64,000 nt of DNA from Lachnospiraceae bacterium (GTDB lineage Bacteria; Bacillota; Clostridia; Lachnospirales; Lachnospiraceae), in contig JAFOND010000214.1 of NCBI GenBank assembly GCA_017418645.1, positions 2,401 through 66,400 of the forward strand. Reading direction: 5' to 3'. Position 1 is the first letter of the stretch. Each line of letters begins with the position of its first letter. The notes beneath the pieces were generated by a model. That model saw nothing but the letters and a program-made list of their open reading frames with translations, was not told where the DNA came from and searched no databases. This document shows, piece after piece, positions 1 through 9,385 of this stretch. The position numbers and the translations under genes are program-made.

Positions 1-2
1 TA

Positions 3-740
3 CCCATAAACGAGGGCGGCTTTTTGGAGCATACTGTAGGATCGACGGCGGATGCGAATGCGCAGATAAGAAACGTTGCAACAAGCCGTCTCGCAAAGCT
101 TCTTCAGATAGGAGACATCGTTGCGGAATCGGAGGTTGCGGATCTCGAAACGAAAGATGGTGTTATGCATGGAATCTCAATGGAAGGCGCTCCCGGAACG
201 GAGATGTTCAAGATAATGAGAGAGGCTAAGAAAAACGGCGGTTCCATTGTTTATTCCGATAAGGCATTGAAACAGCTGTCGATACTTATGGTTTTTGATG
301 CGCTCTGCGGTCAGGTCGACAGAAAGACGGACAACTATTTTGCGGAGTATGAAGTGGCCGGAGAGGCTTATGTAATAAAGAGCATTAAGGCTATAGACAA
401 TGATATGGCTTTCGGACTTTCAAAGGTAAGCGGAAGATTTTTAAGTCAGGTGTTTTCAAAGGACAAGTTATGTGCGCTTCCACCTGAGTTTTGTACACAG
501 ATCATGGGCATTAACGAAGGCGCGATCGTACATGAACTTTTGGACATTCTTCCCGCGCAGGAAGTGAATGCCGTTGTGGCAAGACTAAGGGAAATAAGAA
601 AGATCATAGGCGACAGAATCCGGGAAGACGGAGGAGATTTTATTGACTGGCAAAGCGAAGATATGATGCAGACAAGGTTTGCATGGTGGTTCGCGACGCA
701 TCAGGGAACTAACGACGGAAGATATTTTAATGCAACCTGA
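3..740 (+). CDS. C-terminal part of a putative atypical kinase-fold (HipA/PI3-4-kinase-like) protein, 5'-truncated by the window
   Basis: Frame is open from base 3. Motifs DALCGQVDRKTDNY and IKAIDNDMAF resemble the DRHxxN...IDxx catalytic and metal-binding loops. Confidence 0.55.
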   Translation, partial: PINEGGFLEHTVGSTADANAQIRNVATSRLAKLLQIGDIVAESEVADLETKDGVMHGISMEGAPGTEMFKIMREAKKNGGSIVYSDKALKQLSILMVFDALCGQVDRKTDNYFAEYEVAGEAYVIKSIKAIDNDMAFGLSKVSGRFLSQVFSKDKLCALPPEFCTQIMGINEGAIVHELLDILPAQEVNAVVARLREIRKIIGDRIREDGGDFIDWQSEDMMQTRFAWWFATHQGTNDGRYFNAT

Positions 741-790
741 CTTATAAGAAACCGTGATGATGCGAAAGAGACATAAACAGGAGAAATACT

Positions 791-1006
791 ATGTGTGTTG
801 CACTACCCGGAAAGGTAATAGAAATAAAAGAAAAAACAGCAGTTGTGGATTTCAACGGAAACAAAGTTGAAGCTGCCACCGGTCTTATTCCGGTGCAGAT
901 CGGCGACAGTGTTCTTGTTCATGCGGGATGTATTTTACAGGTGGTTTCGAAAGACGAGGCGGAAGAGTTAAATGATTTGCTACTGGAATTGTCGGAGAAT
1001 CCCTGA
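791..1006 (+). CDS. hypC: Hydrogenase maturation chaperone HypC/HupF
   Basis: N-terminal MCVALPGKV, GDSVLVHAG motif, 71 aa, next to hypD. Confidence 0.95.
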   Translation: MCVALPGKVIEIKEKTAVVDFNGNKVEAATGLIPVQIGDSVLVHAGCILQVVSKDEAEELNDLLLELSENP

Positions 1007-1054
1007 TGTCATTTCGAGGAGCAGAGCGACGAGAAATCTTAAGTAGTAATGACA
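1007..1054. repeat. REP-like palindromic intergenic element (copy 1)
   Basis: TGTCATTTCGAGGAGCAGAGCGACGAGAAATCTTAA matches 25018-25053 at 34/36 positions. Terminal inverted repeat TGTCATT...AATGACA. Confidence 0.7.
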
Positions 1055-1065
1055 GGAAACAATAA

Positions 1066-2109
1066 ATGACCATAGATAACATAAAAAACTACCTACAATC
1101 CTACGACGGCCCCGACCTTAATATCATGGAGGTCTGCGGGAGCCATACGGATGCCATTTCAAAAAACGGCATCCCTTCGATGCTGTCCAAAAAGATACAT
1201 CTTCTTTCCGGACCGGGATGTCCGGTCTGTGTTACGCCCTCATCATATATCGATAAGCTTATAGACCTTTCAAAAGAACCGGGAAACGTTATTGCAACCT
1301 TCGGAGACCTTATCCGCGTTCCGGGAAGCAGTAAAAGTCTTTCGGATGCAAAGGGGGAAGGGGCGGAAGTTCTGATGCTATATTCGCCTCTTGATCTTAT
1401 AAAAACCGCAAAAGAAGATCCGGATAAGAATTACATTTTTGCGGCGGTGGGTTTTGAAACCACAACGCCGGTCTATGCGGTTCTTCTCGATCGCCTTATT
1501 GAAGAAAACATAAAGAACGTTAAGCTTCTTACCGCATTAAAAACCATGCCGGAAGTTATATCCCATCTTCTTAAAAACAAAGCTCCCATAGACGGATTTA
1601 TTGCGCCGGGACACGTATCCGCGGTAACGGGATACGGGATATTCGAACCGATAGCAGAGGAGTTTGATATTCCCTTCGGCGTATCGGGATTTAAAGGAGA
1701 AGAACTCCTTATAGCTCTTTACGGCATAGTAAAAAACGCCGGAAAGGGAGTTGTTAAGAATTATTATCCATCCGTGGTAAAAGATGAACCCGAAGAAGAA
1801 ACAAAACGTATAACGGATAGGTATTTCGTTATGTGTGATGCCGTTTGGCGCGGTATGGGAAAGATAGAAAATTCGGGCATGAAGATACGGCCGGAATACG
1901 CAATGTACGATGCCGGAAGCGACGGCCTCTTTACAGATGAAAAGAAGAATAAGGCATGTATATGTGATCAGGTTCTGATGGGGAAAAAGAAACCTTTTGA
2001 TTGTCCGTTGTTTAAAAAAGTATGCAACCCGCTTTCACCTCAGGGAGCATGCATGGTTTCAACGGAAGGAAGCTGTTTTTCCTATTATTCGAATGATAGG
2101 AGAGATTAA
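1066..2109 (+). CDS. hypD: Hydrogenase maturation protein HypD
   Basis: MEVCGSHT, GPGCPVCVT, GFETT, PGHVS and C-terminal GACMVSTEGSC motifs. Confidence 0.97.
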   Translation: MTIDNIKNYLQSYDGPDLNIMEVCGSHTDAISKNGIPSMLSKKIHLLSGPGCPVCVTPSSYIDKLIDLSKEPGNVIATFGDLIRVPGSSKSLSDAKGEGAEVLMLYSPLDLIKTAKEDPDKNYIFAAVGFETTTPVYAVLLDRLIEENIKNVKLLTALKTMPEVISHLLKNKAPIDGFIAPGHVSAVTGYGIFEPIAEEFDIPFGVSGFKGEELLIALYGIVKNAGKGVVKNYYPSVVKDEPEEETKRITDRYFVMCDAVWRGMGKIENSGMKIRPEYAMYDAGSDGLFTDEKKNKACICDQVLMGKKKPFDCPLFKKVCNPLSPQGACMVSTEGSCFSYYSNDRRD

Positions 2110-2126
2110 ATACCGGAGGACATAGG

Positions 2127-4724
2127 GTGAAAAGAGGACTGATAATAACAATAAATCTTTTAATAATGGGATTTATTCTGCTGTTTATCATCGGCTATGC
2201 ATATCTTAAGGCGAAAGAGAGCAATGAAAACGAGATAGCAGCCTTTGAAAAGATGACCGTGACCACAAATCAGATCATCACCAACTACCTGGAGGATGAA
2301 CAGCATCTTTGCGACATATGGACAAACTATATAAACCGTTCTGCCCAGGACGGCAGTCCGATGACGGTGGAGGAAGCGGTGTCTTTTATCAGGAAGGCAA
2401 AGATATCCCCGGAGATCGAAGGCCATCTGATCTTTCCGGACACGCCTGAACGTGAGGGAGTTTCGACTGCGGCAAAGGTATCGGACCCCGATGATTATAC
2501 GGTCTCATACAGGTATATTGATATCTTTGACAATATTGAAAATGAACGGGACACAAATGATGCTGTCTCTCTTACGAGAGCCTACACAAACCCCATGAAT
2601 GGTGTACAGTCCATTGCGTTTTACAATAACGTTACCATTCTTGACGAGGAAACAAACGAACCGAAAAAAGGTCTTATGATGCGTGTTGTTCCCTTGAGCC
2701 GCCTTGAACAGAAACTGGTTTTCTTAAAAGGTGAATACGAGAATGTGGAGATAAGCATCGTGGACAGAGAAGGAAATTATGTTGTCCACGGCAAGTCTTT
2801 TAAAAACAGTAATTTCTTTGAGTATTACAAATCATATAATGAAGCCACGTCGGAGGAATATGAAAATGTGATAAAAGAGATCGCCGGCGGAACAGGCACC
2901 ATGACGATAAAGAACTTCAAGGGAGAGGACTGTATTTTATCATATACGCCCCTTGAAAGCATGACAACATGGTTTCTCCTGGCCTATATTCCCGCAGACA
3001 ATCTTGTGGCCAACAGATCAATAGACTGGCTTCTTCTCGGCATAGCGACCGTTGGATTTTTGGTGCTTCTGATATTTAATACTGCTGTCATGATAAACTA
3101 TAACCGTGAACTGTCGGCGGCTGCGAAGCAGGCGAATCAGGCCAATGAGGCAAAATCCAGTTTCCTGTCCACCATGTCTCATGATATCCGTACTCCCATG
3201 AATGCAATACTGGGCTTAAACGAGATGGTACTTAGGGATGCCCGGGACGAAAATATCAGGATGTATTCGGAGAATATCAGAACTGCGGGAAATACACTGC
3301 TCGGTATAATAAACGACATTTTGGATTTTTCGAAGATCGAAGCGGGAAAAATGGAAATAATAAACGTTGATTACAGTACCGCATCCCTTCTTAACGATCT
3401 TGTAAATATGGTTAAAAAGAGAGCGGATGATAAGGGACTTTCTTTAAACATTAATATTGACGAAAGTATTCCCACGATTCTTCACGGAGATGAGATCAGG
3501 ATAAAACAGATAATAATCAATATCCTCTCGAATGCCGTAAAATATACCAAACAGGGAGAGATAACCTTCTCTGTGAGTTCGAAAAAGACGGAGAATAAGC
3601 CGGATTCCATCATCCTTAAGGTCTGTGTTTCGGACACGGGAATAGGGATAAAAAAGGAAGATATTGATAAGCTGTTCGTTGCCTTTGAAAGGATTGAAGA
3701 AAAAAAGAACAGGAACATTGAGGGAACCGGCCTTGGCATGACTATTGTCCAGCGGTTTCTTGATATGATGGGCAGTCATCTTGAAGTTGAGAGTGAATAC
3801 GGTAAGGGTTCGGTCTTCTCTTTTGAGCTTGAGCAGAAGGTCGTTAAATGGAATCCCATCGGAGACTTTGAAGAGGCGTTCAGACGTTCATTAAGCGAGA
3901 GAGAAAACTACCGTGAAAAATTCACGGCGCCCGATGCAAGAGTTCTTGTGGTTGATGACACATCGGTTAATCTTACTGTATTCGTAAATCTTTTAAAGCA
4001 TACGGCTCTTCGGATCGATACTGCGGAAAGCGGTGATGAAGGTATATCGTTCTTTAAGGAAAATCATTATGATGTTATCTTCTTAGACCATATGATGCCG
4101 GACAAAGATGGCATAGAAACCCTGAAGGAAATGAAGGAAACAGCGGATACCCCGAATAAGGAAACTCCCGTGATCTGCCTTACGGCCAATGCGATATCGG
4201 GTATGCGGGAGATGTACACGAACGAAGGATTTGACGACTATCTCACGAAGCCTATTGACGCGGAACGGCTGGAGACCATGCTTTTACAGTATCTTCCGAA
4301 AGAAAAGGTGACTGTCACATCCAATAACGGGGATAACGATGATAACGAAGAAACCGAAGACAATACGCTGCCGGCTTTTCTTTATGATATTAAGGAACTG
4401 GATCCGGACGCGGGCCTTAGTTATTGCGGTGATGCCGAGGACTATATTATGGCACTCACACTGTACCTTGGAAGCGCGGAAGAGAAGGCTGAAGAGATAG
4501 AAAAATACTGGGCTGCAGGTGATATAAAAAATACGACAGTAAAGGTTCACGCTCTTAAGAGCTCTTCACGTGCCATTGGCGCGCTTGAACTTGGAGAATT
4601 CGCCGAAAGACTGGAAAAGGCGGGAAACAGCAATGATACGGAAATACTGGACAAAGAACTTGAAATTCTGATATCAAGATACAGACAGCTTGCAAATGAA
4701 CTTGAACCCATTAACAAAGTATAA
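2127..4724 (+). CDS. Hybrid sensor histidine kinase (extracellular sensor, HisKA, HATPase, receiver, HPt)
   Basis: Two TM helices; FLSTMSHDIRTPMNAI; NILSNAVKYT; DTGIGI; GTGLG; LVVDD/DHMMP receiver; HALKSSSRAIGA HPt. Confidence 0.93.
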   Translation: MKRGLIITINLLIMGFILLFIIGYAYLKAKESNENEIAAFEKMTVTTNQIITNYLEDEQHLCDIWTNYINRSAQDGSPMTVEEAVSFIRKAKISPEIEGHLIFPDTPEREGVSTAAKVSDPDDYTVSYRYIDIFDNIENERDTNDAVSLTRAYTNPMNGVQSIAFYNNVTILDEETNEPKKGLMMRVVPLSRLEQKLVFLKGEYENVEISIVDREGNYVVHGKSFKNSNFFEYYKSYNEATSEEYENVIKEIAGGTGTMTIKNFKGEDCILSYTPLESMTTWFLLAYIPADNLVANRSIDWLLLGIATVGFLVLLIFNTAVMINYNRELSAAAKQANQANEAKSSFLSTMSHDIRTPMNAILGLNEMVLRDARDENIRMYSENIRTAGNTLLGIINDILDFSKIEAGKMEIINVDYSTASLLNDLVNMVKKRADDKGLSLNINIDESIPTILHGDEIRIKQIIINILSNAVKYTKQGEITFSVSSKKTENKPDSIILKVCVSDTGIGIKKEDIDKLFVAFERIEEKKNRNIEGTGLGMTIVQRFLDMMGSHLEVESEYGKGSVFSFELEQKVVKWNPIGDFEEAFRRSLSERENYREKFTAPDARVLVVDDTSVNLTVFVNLLKHTALRIDTAESGDEGISFFKENHYDVIFLDHMMPDKDGIETLKEMKETADTPNKETPVICLTANAISGMREMYTNEGFDDYLTKPIDAERLETMLLQYLPKEKVTVTSNNGDNDDNEETEDNTLPAFLYDIKELDPDAGLSYCGDAEDYIMALTLYLGSAEEKAEEIEKYWAAGDIKNTTVKVHALKSSSRAIGALELGEFAERLEKAGNSNDTEILDKELEILISRYRQLANELEPINKV

Positions 4725-4745
4725 GTGAAGACGAGGAGGATGCTT

Positions 4746-6047
4746 ATGAAAAAAAAGACGTTGGGAATGATCGTTTCCCTGAGTATGGCCGTTATGCTTC
4801 TTTTGCAGGGTTGTAGCGGCACAAAGAAGGCAGAGGTTCCCTTTTCCCCGAAGTATGACAAAGATACGGTATTTTCTTTGACAGTGGCAGGAACCTACGG
4901 AAACTTTGAGTCCCTTGAAGCGGAATTTGAACGCTTTTACGAATACTATCCCAATGCAGAACTGCAGTATGTGACAATGGATGATTACAATAACGTCATC
5001 TCCAGTGCCCTTGTAAACAACGAGCCGCCGGATATTTTTACGACCGGAAGCTGGATGATCGGTAATGAAGCATATGATGATATGTTTAAAAACTGCGAAG
5101 TATTGTCCGATCCCTCCGTTGGTATTGATTATTCGTGCATCAGGGATTCGCTGATAAGAACCACGGATTCCGGGGATGTTGTTATGCTCCCTATTTTTAC
5201 AACATCATACGGAATGCTCGTTAATATGGATATTTTTGAAAAAGAGGGTCTGGAAGTCCCCCGGAACTTTAATGAGCTGACGAAAGTATGTGCCGATCTT
5301 AAAAGCGCGGGATATGAATCTCCCGTTATGGGCACGGATATGTTCAGCGGATCCGGACTTTTTAACTGTTTCTCCTATCCGATGTTTGCTTATGACGTAA
5401 AGAACAACAGCGATAAGCTTGATGCCCTCAATAATCTTGAACCTTCGTCCGGAGAACTGATGCGTCCTTCGCTGGAAAGGCTGTATGAGTTTGTAAATTC
5501 CGACTGCATTGATATTTCCAAATGTAAGGAAGAAATAGCGGACGAATATGACGCGGTGATAATGAGATTTTTTGAAGGCGATGTACCGATGATGCTTGCC
5601 ACTGGTGATGTTGCTTCGGGAACGGCAAAGAGAGAGAGCAAGTCCGAAGCCTTTTCCGCCAATCCGTTTAAATACAGATTCTATGTCGCCCCTTCGGGTG
5701 ATGACGGAGGTTACTGTATCAATTCCGTAAGCCTTTGCTTTTCCGTTAACAAAAACAGTGGGAATATAGATATGGCCAATGAATTCATGCGGTTTCTTAT
5801 CAGCAGTAAAGAACTGGGTAACATGGCAGGATTAAAGCGTCTGATCCCGCCTGTGGACGATTTTTCCACCAATGAGATTTATTCCGCACTTGCGGATATA
5901 CCTTCTGACAGGAGTTTCAGTGACAAGGAAACAGGCCTTTTGGATCCTGCGGTAAGACAGTTCAGAGCTGCAATCTATGCCGTCGGTAACGGAGAAATGA
6001 GTGTGGATGAAGCTGTTTCTTCTTACGGAAGCATTCCGGAAGAGTAG
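4746..6047 (+). CDS. ABC transporter sugar-type substrate-binding lipoprotein
   Basis: Signal peptide with lipobox LLQGC; PDIF and NMDIFEKEGLEVP motifs. Start chosen from RBS GAGGAGG at 4733. Confidence 0.85.
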   Translation: MKKKTLGMIVSLSMAVMLLLQGCSGTKKAEVPFSPKYDKDTVFSLTVAGTYGNFESLEAEFERFYEYYPNAELQYVTMDDYNNVISSALVNNEPPDIFTTGSWMIGNEAYDDMFKNCEVLSDPSVGIDYSCIRDSLIRTTDSGDVVMLPIFTTSYGMLVNMDIFEKEGLEVPRNFNELTKVCADLKSAGYESPVMGTDMFSGSGLFNCFSYPMFAYDVKNNSDKLDALNNLEPSSGELMRPSLERLYEFVNSDCIDISKCKEEIADEYDAVIMRFFEGDVPMMLATGDVASGTAKRESKSEAFSANPFKYRFYVAPSGDDGGYCINSVSLCFSVNKNSGNIDMANEFMRFLISSKELGNMAGLKRLIPPVDDFSTNEIYSALADIPSDRSFSDKETGLLDPAVRQFRAAIYAVGNGEMSVDEAVSSYGSIPEE

Positions 6048-6050
6048 AAT

Positions 6051-6338
6051 GTGATAACCATGTCTCAATACTTTAACGAAGCGCTCGGAAATTTTGTGTC
6101 GGATGTGGCAAACGGCGGCACGATCCGCCATCTTACGGATCTTGGCTATTCGGCCGAAGAGATCAAAGAGCATCTTGCGATAAAAATATCCGATGAAAAA
6201 TTAAATGAGCTGATAAGGCAGAGAAAGATAGAAAACGGAACACTTCCTCCCGAACCGGGGGAGGAAGTGAAGAATTACCGTATCGTAAAAGAACAGACAA
6301 AAACCGGTAAGATCACCTTCCGGAAAGTGGAAGAGTGA
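6051..6338 (+). CDS. Hypothetical protein
   Basis: 95-aa ORF directly after the binding-protein gene, with normal composition. Confidence 0.65.
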   Translation: MITMSQYFNEALGNFVSDVANGGTIRHLTDLGYSAEEIKEHLAIKISDEKLNELIRQRKIENGTLPPEPGEEVKNYRIVKEQTKTGKITFRKVEE

Positions 6339-6353
6339 AGCTTTGAGTGAATC

Positions 6354-6926
6354 CTAAGCCTGCTCCTTCATCATCGTCTTCTTAAGCACTGCCCAGATAA
6401 TGAAAAGATATACGAATCCGATCAGCGCCGTTAAGAACTGGAAAACGGAAAACGTCATCTGGAAAACGCTCATCTTTGCACGAAGCGGGCTCTCTGCCGG
6501 GATGAATGTCGGAAGGAGCCAGAGCGAGATCGTAAGACCCATGAACACACCCTTTGCAAGAGCGCATACAATCGCTTTGAAATAACTGGAGATCTTCTTA
6601 AGGCCATCGCCGAGAAGATCTTTTTTCATAAGGAAATTGAAGCATACAACAAGGACAACATTTCCCGCCATGATAAACGGAACGATTGCAGGTACCGCTG
6701 TCATAACCGGTGATGCCGCAATAAAGAATGCCGTTACCGGAGTGATCACGGAAAGCGCGATCGCAGCAGGAAGTCCTGCCGTAAGAACGGTAAGAAGAAG
6801 GCAGACATTGATTATCGGTCCCGTGATAAAAATACTTAAGTTCTTAAAAAACTGACTGGCGATACACACCGCAAGAAGAAGTGCGGTTATTGCAATCTGT
6901 TTTGTGCCGAATTTTTTGTTTTCCAT
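6354..6926 (-). CDS. ECF transporter S-component-like membrane protein
   Basis: 190 aa, multiple TM helices, N-terminal TKQIAITALLLA and ITGPIIN motifs. Confidence 0.75.
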   Translation of the reverse strand: MENKKFGTKQIAITALLLAVCIASQFFKNLSIFITGPIINVCLLLTVLTAGLPAAIALSVITPVTAFFIAASPVMTAVPAIVPFIMAGNVVLVVCFNFLMKKDLLGDGLKKISSYFKAIVCALAKGVFMGLTISLWLLPTFIPAESPLRAKMSVFQMTFSVFQFLTALIGFVYLFIIWAVLKKTMMKEQA

Positions 6927-6981
6927 GGTAAATTGTTCCTCCCAGAAATAAATGTGAGGTTAAAGATTTATAACCCAAATG

Positions 6982-7010
6982 ATTATAGTTTTCTTGCAGA
7001 AAAAAAACAA
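6982..7010 (-). promoter_or_regulatory. Putative sigma-A promoter for the ECF gene
   Basis: TTGTTT-N17-TATAAT on the minus strand. Confidence 0.4.
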
Positions 7011-7018
7011 GCGTATCA

Positions 7019-7047
7019 TTGAAAAAATAACGAAATTATGTTACATT
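7019..7047 (+). promoter_or_regulatory. Putative sigma-A promoter (extended -10) for the regulator-galT unit
   Basis: TTGAAA-N17-TACATT with TG just before the -10. Confidence 0.5.
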
Positions 7048-7079
7048 CAGTTTTCAGGACAAATCAATTTGGGGGACAT

Positions 7080-7877
7080 ATGAACAAGATAATCTTAAGC
7101 AGTTATACACCCGGAAAAACCGACGACGTTAAAGAGATACTCGACTATGCGGGGGCATTCGAGGTATTGATATGCGTGGATGGTATAGACAGGGCTGTTG
7201 ATATAGCAAAAAATGAAAACTACGATCTTTTGATCTTTAGTCTGGACGATATTCCGGAGAATTCATACGTTAGCATAATGCAGCTTCAGATGGCATGTCC
7301 GAACGTATCTGTTCTGGCATACGGAACAACACTTCAGTATACGGAATTTCTTTCAAAATTCCTCGGAGAAAAAGTTAATCAGCTTGAATATCCCGTGGAT
7401 GCGGAGAAGGTTATAAAAACCGTTTCCCGGGCCCTCGGCCTTTCAAAAGATGTGGCAAGAGCGTTAAAGAAAAAGATAGATTCCGCTTCTCTTTCTTCCG
7501 ATACCAGACCGATGGTTCTTTTGATAGACGACAGCGCGGTATTTCTTCGCTCTATGAAAACCGTCCTCGAGGACAAATACAGGGTGTGCATTGCATCCTC
7601 CGGTGCGTCGGGATTAAGACAGATGGTAAAGAAAAACCCGGATCTTATTCTTTTGGATTATGAAATGCCGGAGATGGACGGAGCCGAAGTTCTTTCGAAA
7701 ATAAGAAATGATAAAGAGTATGAAAAATTCAAGGATATAAAGGTTCTGTTCCTTACGGGCGTTAGCGATCAGGATAAAGTTAAAGCGGTAATGGCATTGA
7801 AGCCCCTTGGATACCTTTTAAAGACAATGGCTTTCGATACACTTATGTCGGAAATAGATAAGGGATTAAAACAGTAA
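7080..7877 (+). CDS. Response regulator (degenerate N-terminal receiver plus C-terminal receiver, no output domain)
   Basis: VLLIDD, PDLILLDYEMPEMDG, FLTG and GYLLK motifs. Start taken after a GGGGG RBS. Confidence 0.85.
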   Translation: MNKIILSSYTPGKTDDVKEILDYAGAFEVLICVDGIDRAVDIAKNENYDLLIFSLDDIPENSYVSIMQLQMACPNVSVLAYGTTLQYTEFLSKFLGEKVNQLEYPVDAEKVIKTVSRALGLSKDVARALKKKIDSASLSSDTRPMVLLIDDSAVFLRSMKTVLEDKYRVCIASSGASGLRQMVKKNPDLILLDYEMPEMDGAEVLSKIRNDKEYEKFKDIKVLFLTGVSDQDKVKAVMALKPLGYLLKTMAFDTLMSEIDKGLKQ

Positions 7878-7894
7878 GACAGGGAGGGAAAAAT

Positions 7895-9385
7895 ATGTTA
7901 CAGGAAAGCATTAAAAAACTGGTACAGTACGGAATAGACAGAGGGCTTACACCCGAATGCGAAAGGATATACACAACAAATCTTATCCTTGATGTTATGC
8001 AGGAGAATGAATATACGGATCCGGACTGTGATCTTTCGAACATAGATCTTGAGGAAGTGCTTGCAGACCTTCTTGACGAAGCCGTAAATAAAGGGATCTG
8101 CGAAGACAGCATTGTATTTAAAGATCTTTTCGATACAAAGCTTATGAACTGTCTCATGAAGCGTCCGGCCGAGATTCAAAGAGAGTTTAATGCGGAATAT
8201 GAAAAATCTCCGGAAGCGGCGACGGAATATTTTTACAAACTATCAAAGGATTCCAATTATATCCGTGCGGCGCGCGTTGCAAAAGATATGCGCTGGACCG
8301 TAGATACGGATTACGGTGTTCTTGACATAACCATAAATCTTTCAAAACCGGAAAAGGATCCTAAAGCCATCGCTGCGGCAAAGAATGCTCCCCAGTCCGC
8401 ATATCCGAAATGCCAGCTCTGTATGGAAAACGAAGGCTATGCAGGACGCGTTGATCATCCCGCAAGAGAGAACCACAGAATAATCCCCATAACGGTAAAC
8501 GACAGTCCCTGGGGCTTTCAGTATTCACCCTATGTTTATTACAACGAGCATTGTATCGTCTTCAACAGTCTTCATACACCGATGAAGATCGAGCGCGCAA
8601 CTTTCGTTAAGCTTTTTGATTTTGTAAAACTGTTCCCGCATTACTTCCTGGGATCCAATGCGGATCTTCCCATAGTCGGCGGTTCCATTCTTTCCCACGA
8701 TCATTTCCAGGGCGGACATTATACCTTCGCAATGGAGCGTGCGGACTTTGTTGAGAGATTCACCGTTAAAGGATATGAAGACGTTACCGCGGGAATCGTT
8801 AAATGGCCGCTCTCCGTTATCCGTCTCCAGTGTAAGGACGAAAAGAGAGTTATCGATCTTGCGGATCATATCCTCGGAAAATGGAGAGGATATACGGATG
8901 AGGATGCGTTCATCTTTGCGGAAACGGACGGTGAACCGCATAACACCATAACTCCCATCGCAAGAAAGCGCGGGGATCTTTATGAACTCGATCTTGCTTT
9001 AAGAAATAATATTACAACGGAAGAAAATCCCCTGGGACTTTATCATCCTCATGAAAAGCTCCACCATATCAAGAAGGAAAACATCGGTCTTATCGAAGTA
9101 ATGGGACTTGCAGTCCTTCCTTCAAGATTAAAGGGAGAGATGGAGGCACTTTCGGAAGCGATCCTTAACGGGAAAGATATCCGTTCCGACGAAGTTCTTT
9201 CAAAGCATGCGGATTGGGTGGATGAATTCCTTCCGAAGTATGATTCCGTTACAAAGGACAACATCGATGACATCTTAAAGAAAGAGATCGGAAAGGTGTT
9301 CTGCGAGGTTCTTGAAGACGCCGGCGTTTATAAGTGTAACGAAGAAGGGCTGGCTGCGTTCAGAAGGTTTATAGGGATTTTATAA
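7895..9385 (+). CDS. galT: UDP-glucose--hexose-1-phosphate uridylyltransferase (type II GalT)
   Basis: TINLSKPEKDPK, YPKCQLC, GSNADLPIVGGSILSHDHFQGG and HIKKENIGLIEVMG motifs. Confidence 0.96.
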   Translation: MLQESIKKLVQYGIDRGLTPECERIYTTNLILDVMQENEYTDPDCDLSNIDLEEVLADLLDEAVNKGICEDSIVFKDLFDTKLMNCLMKRPAEIQREFNAEYEKSPEAATEYFYKLSKDSNYIRAARVAKDMRWTVDTDYGVLDITINLSKPEKDPKAIAAAKNAPQSAYPKCQLCMENEGYAGRVDHPARENHRIIPITVNDSPWGFQYSPYVYYNEHCIVFNSLHTPMKIERATFVKLFDFVKLFPHYFLGSNADLPIVGGSILSHDHFQGGHYTFAMERADFVERFTVKGYEDVTAGIVKWPLSVIRLQCKDEKRVIDLADHILGKWRGYTDEDAFIFAETDGEPHNTITPIARKRGDLYELDLALRNNITTEENPLGLYHPHEKLHHIKKENIGLIEVMGLAVLPSRLKGEMEALSEAILNGKDIRSDEVLSKHADWVDEFLPKYDSVTKDNIDDILKKEIGKVFCEVLEDAGVYKCNEEGLAAFRRFIGIL

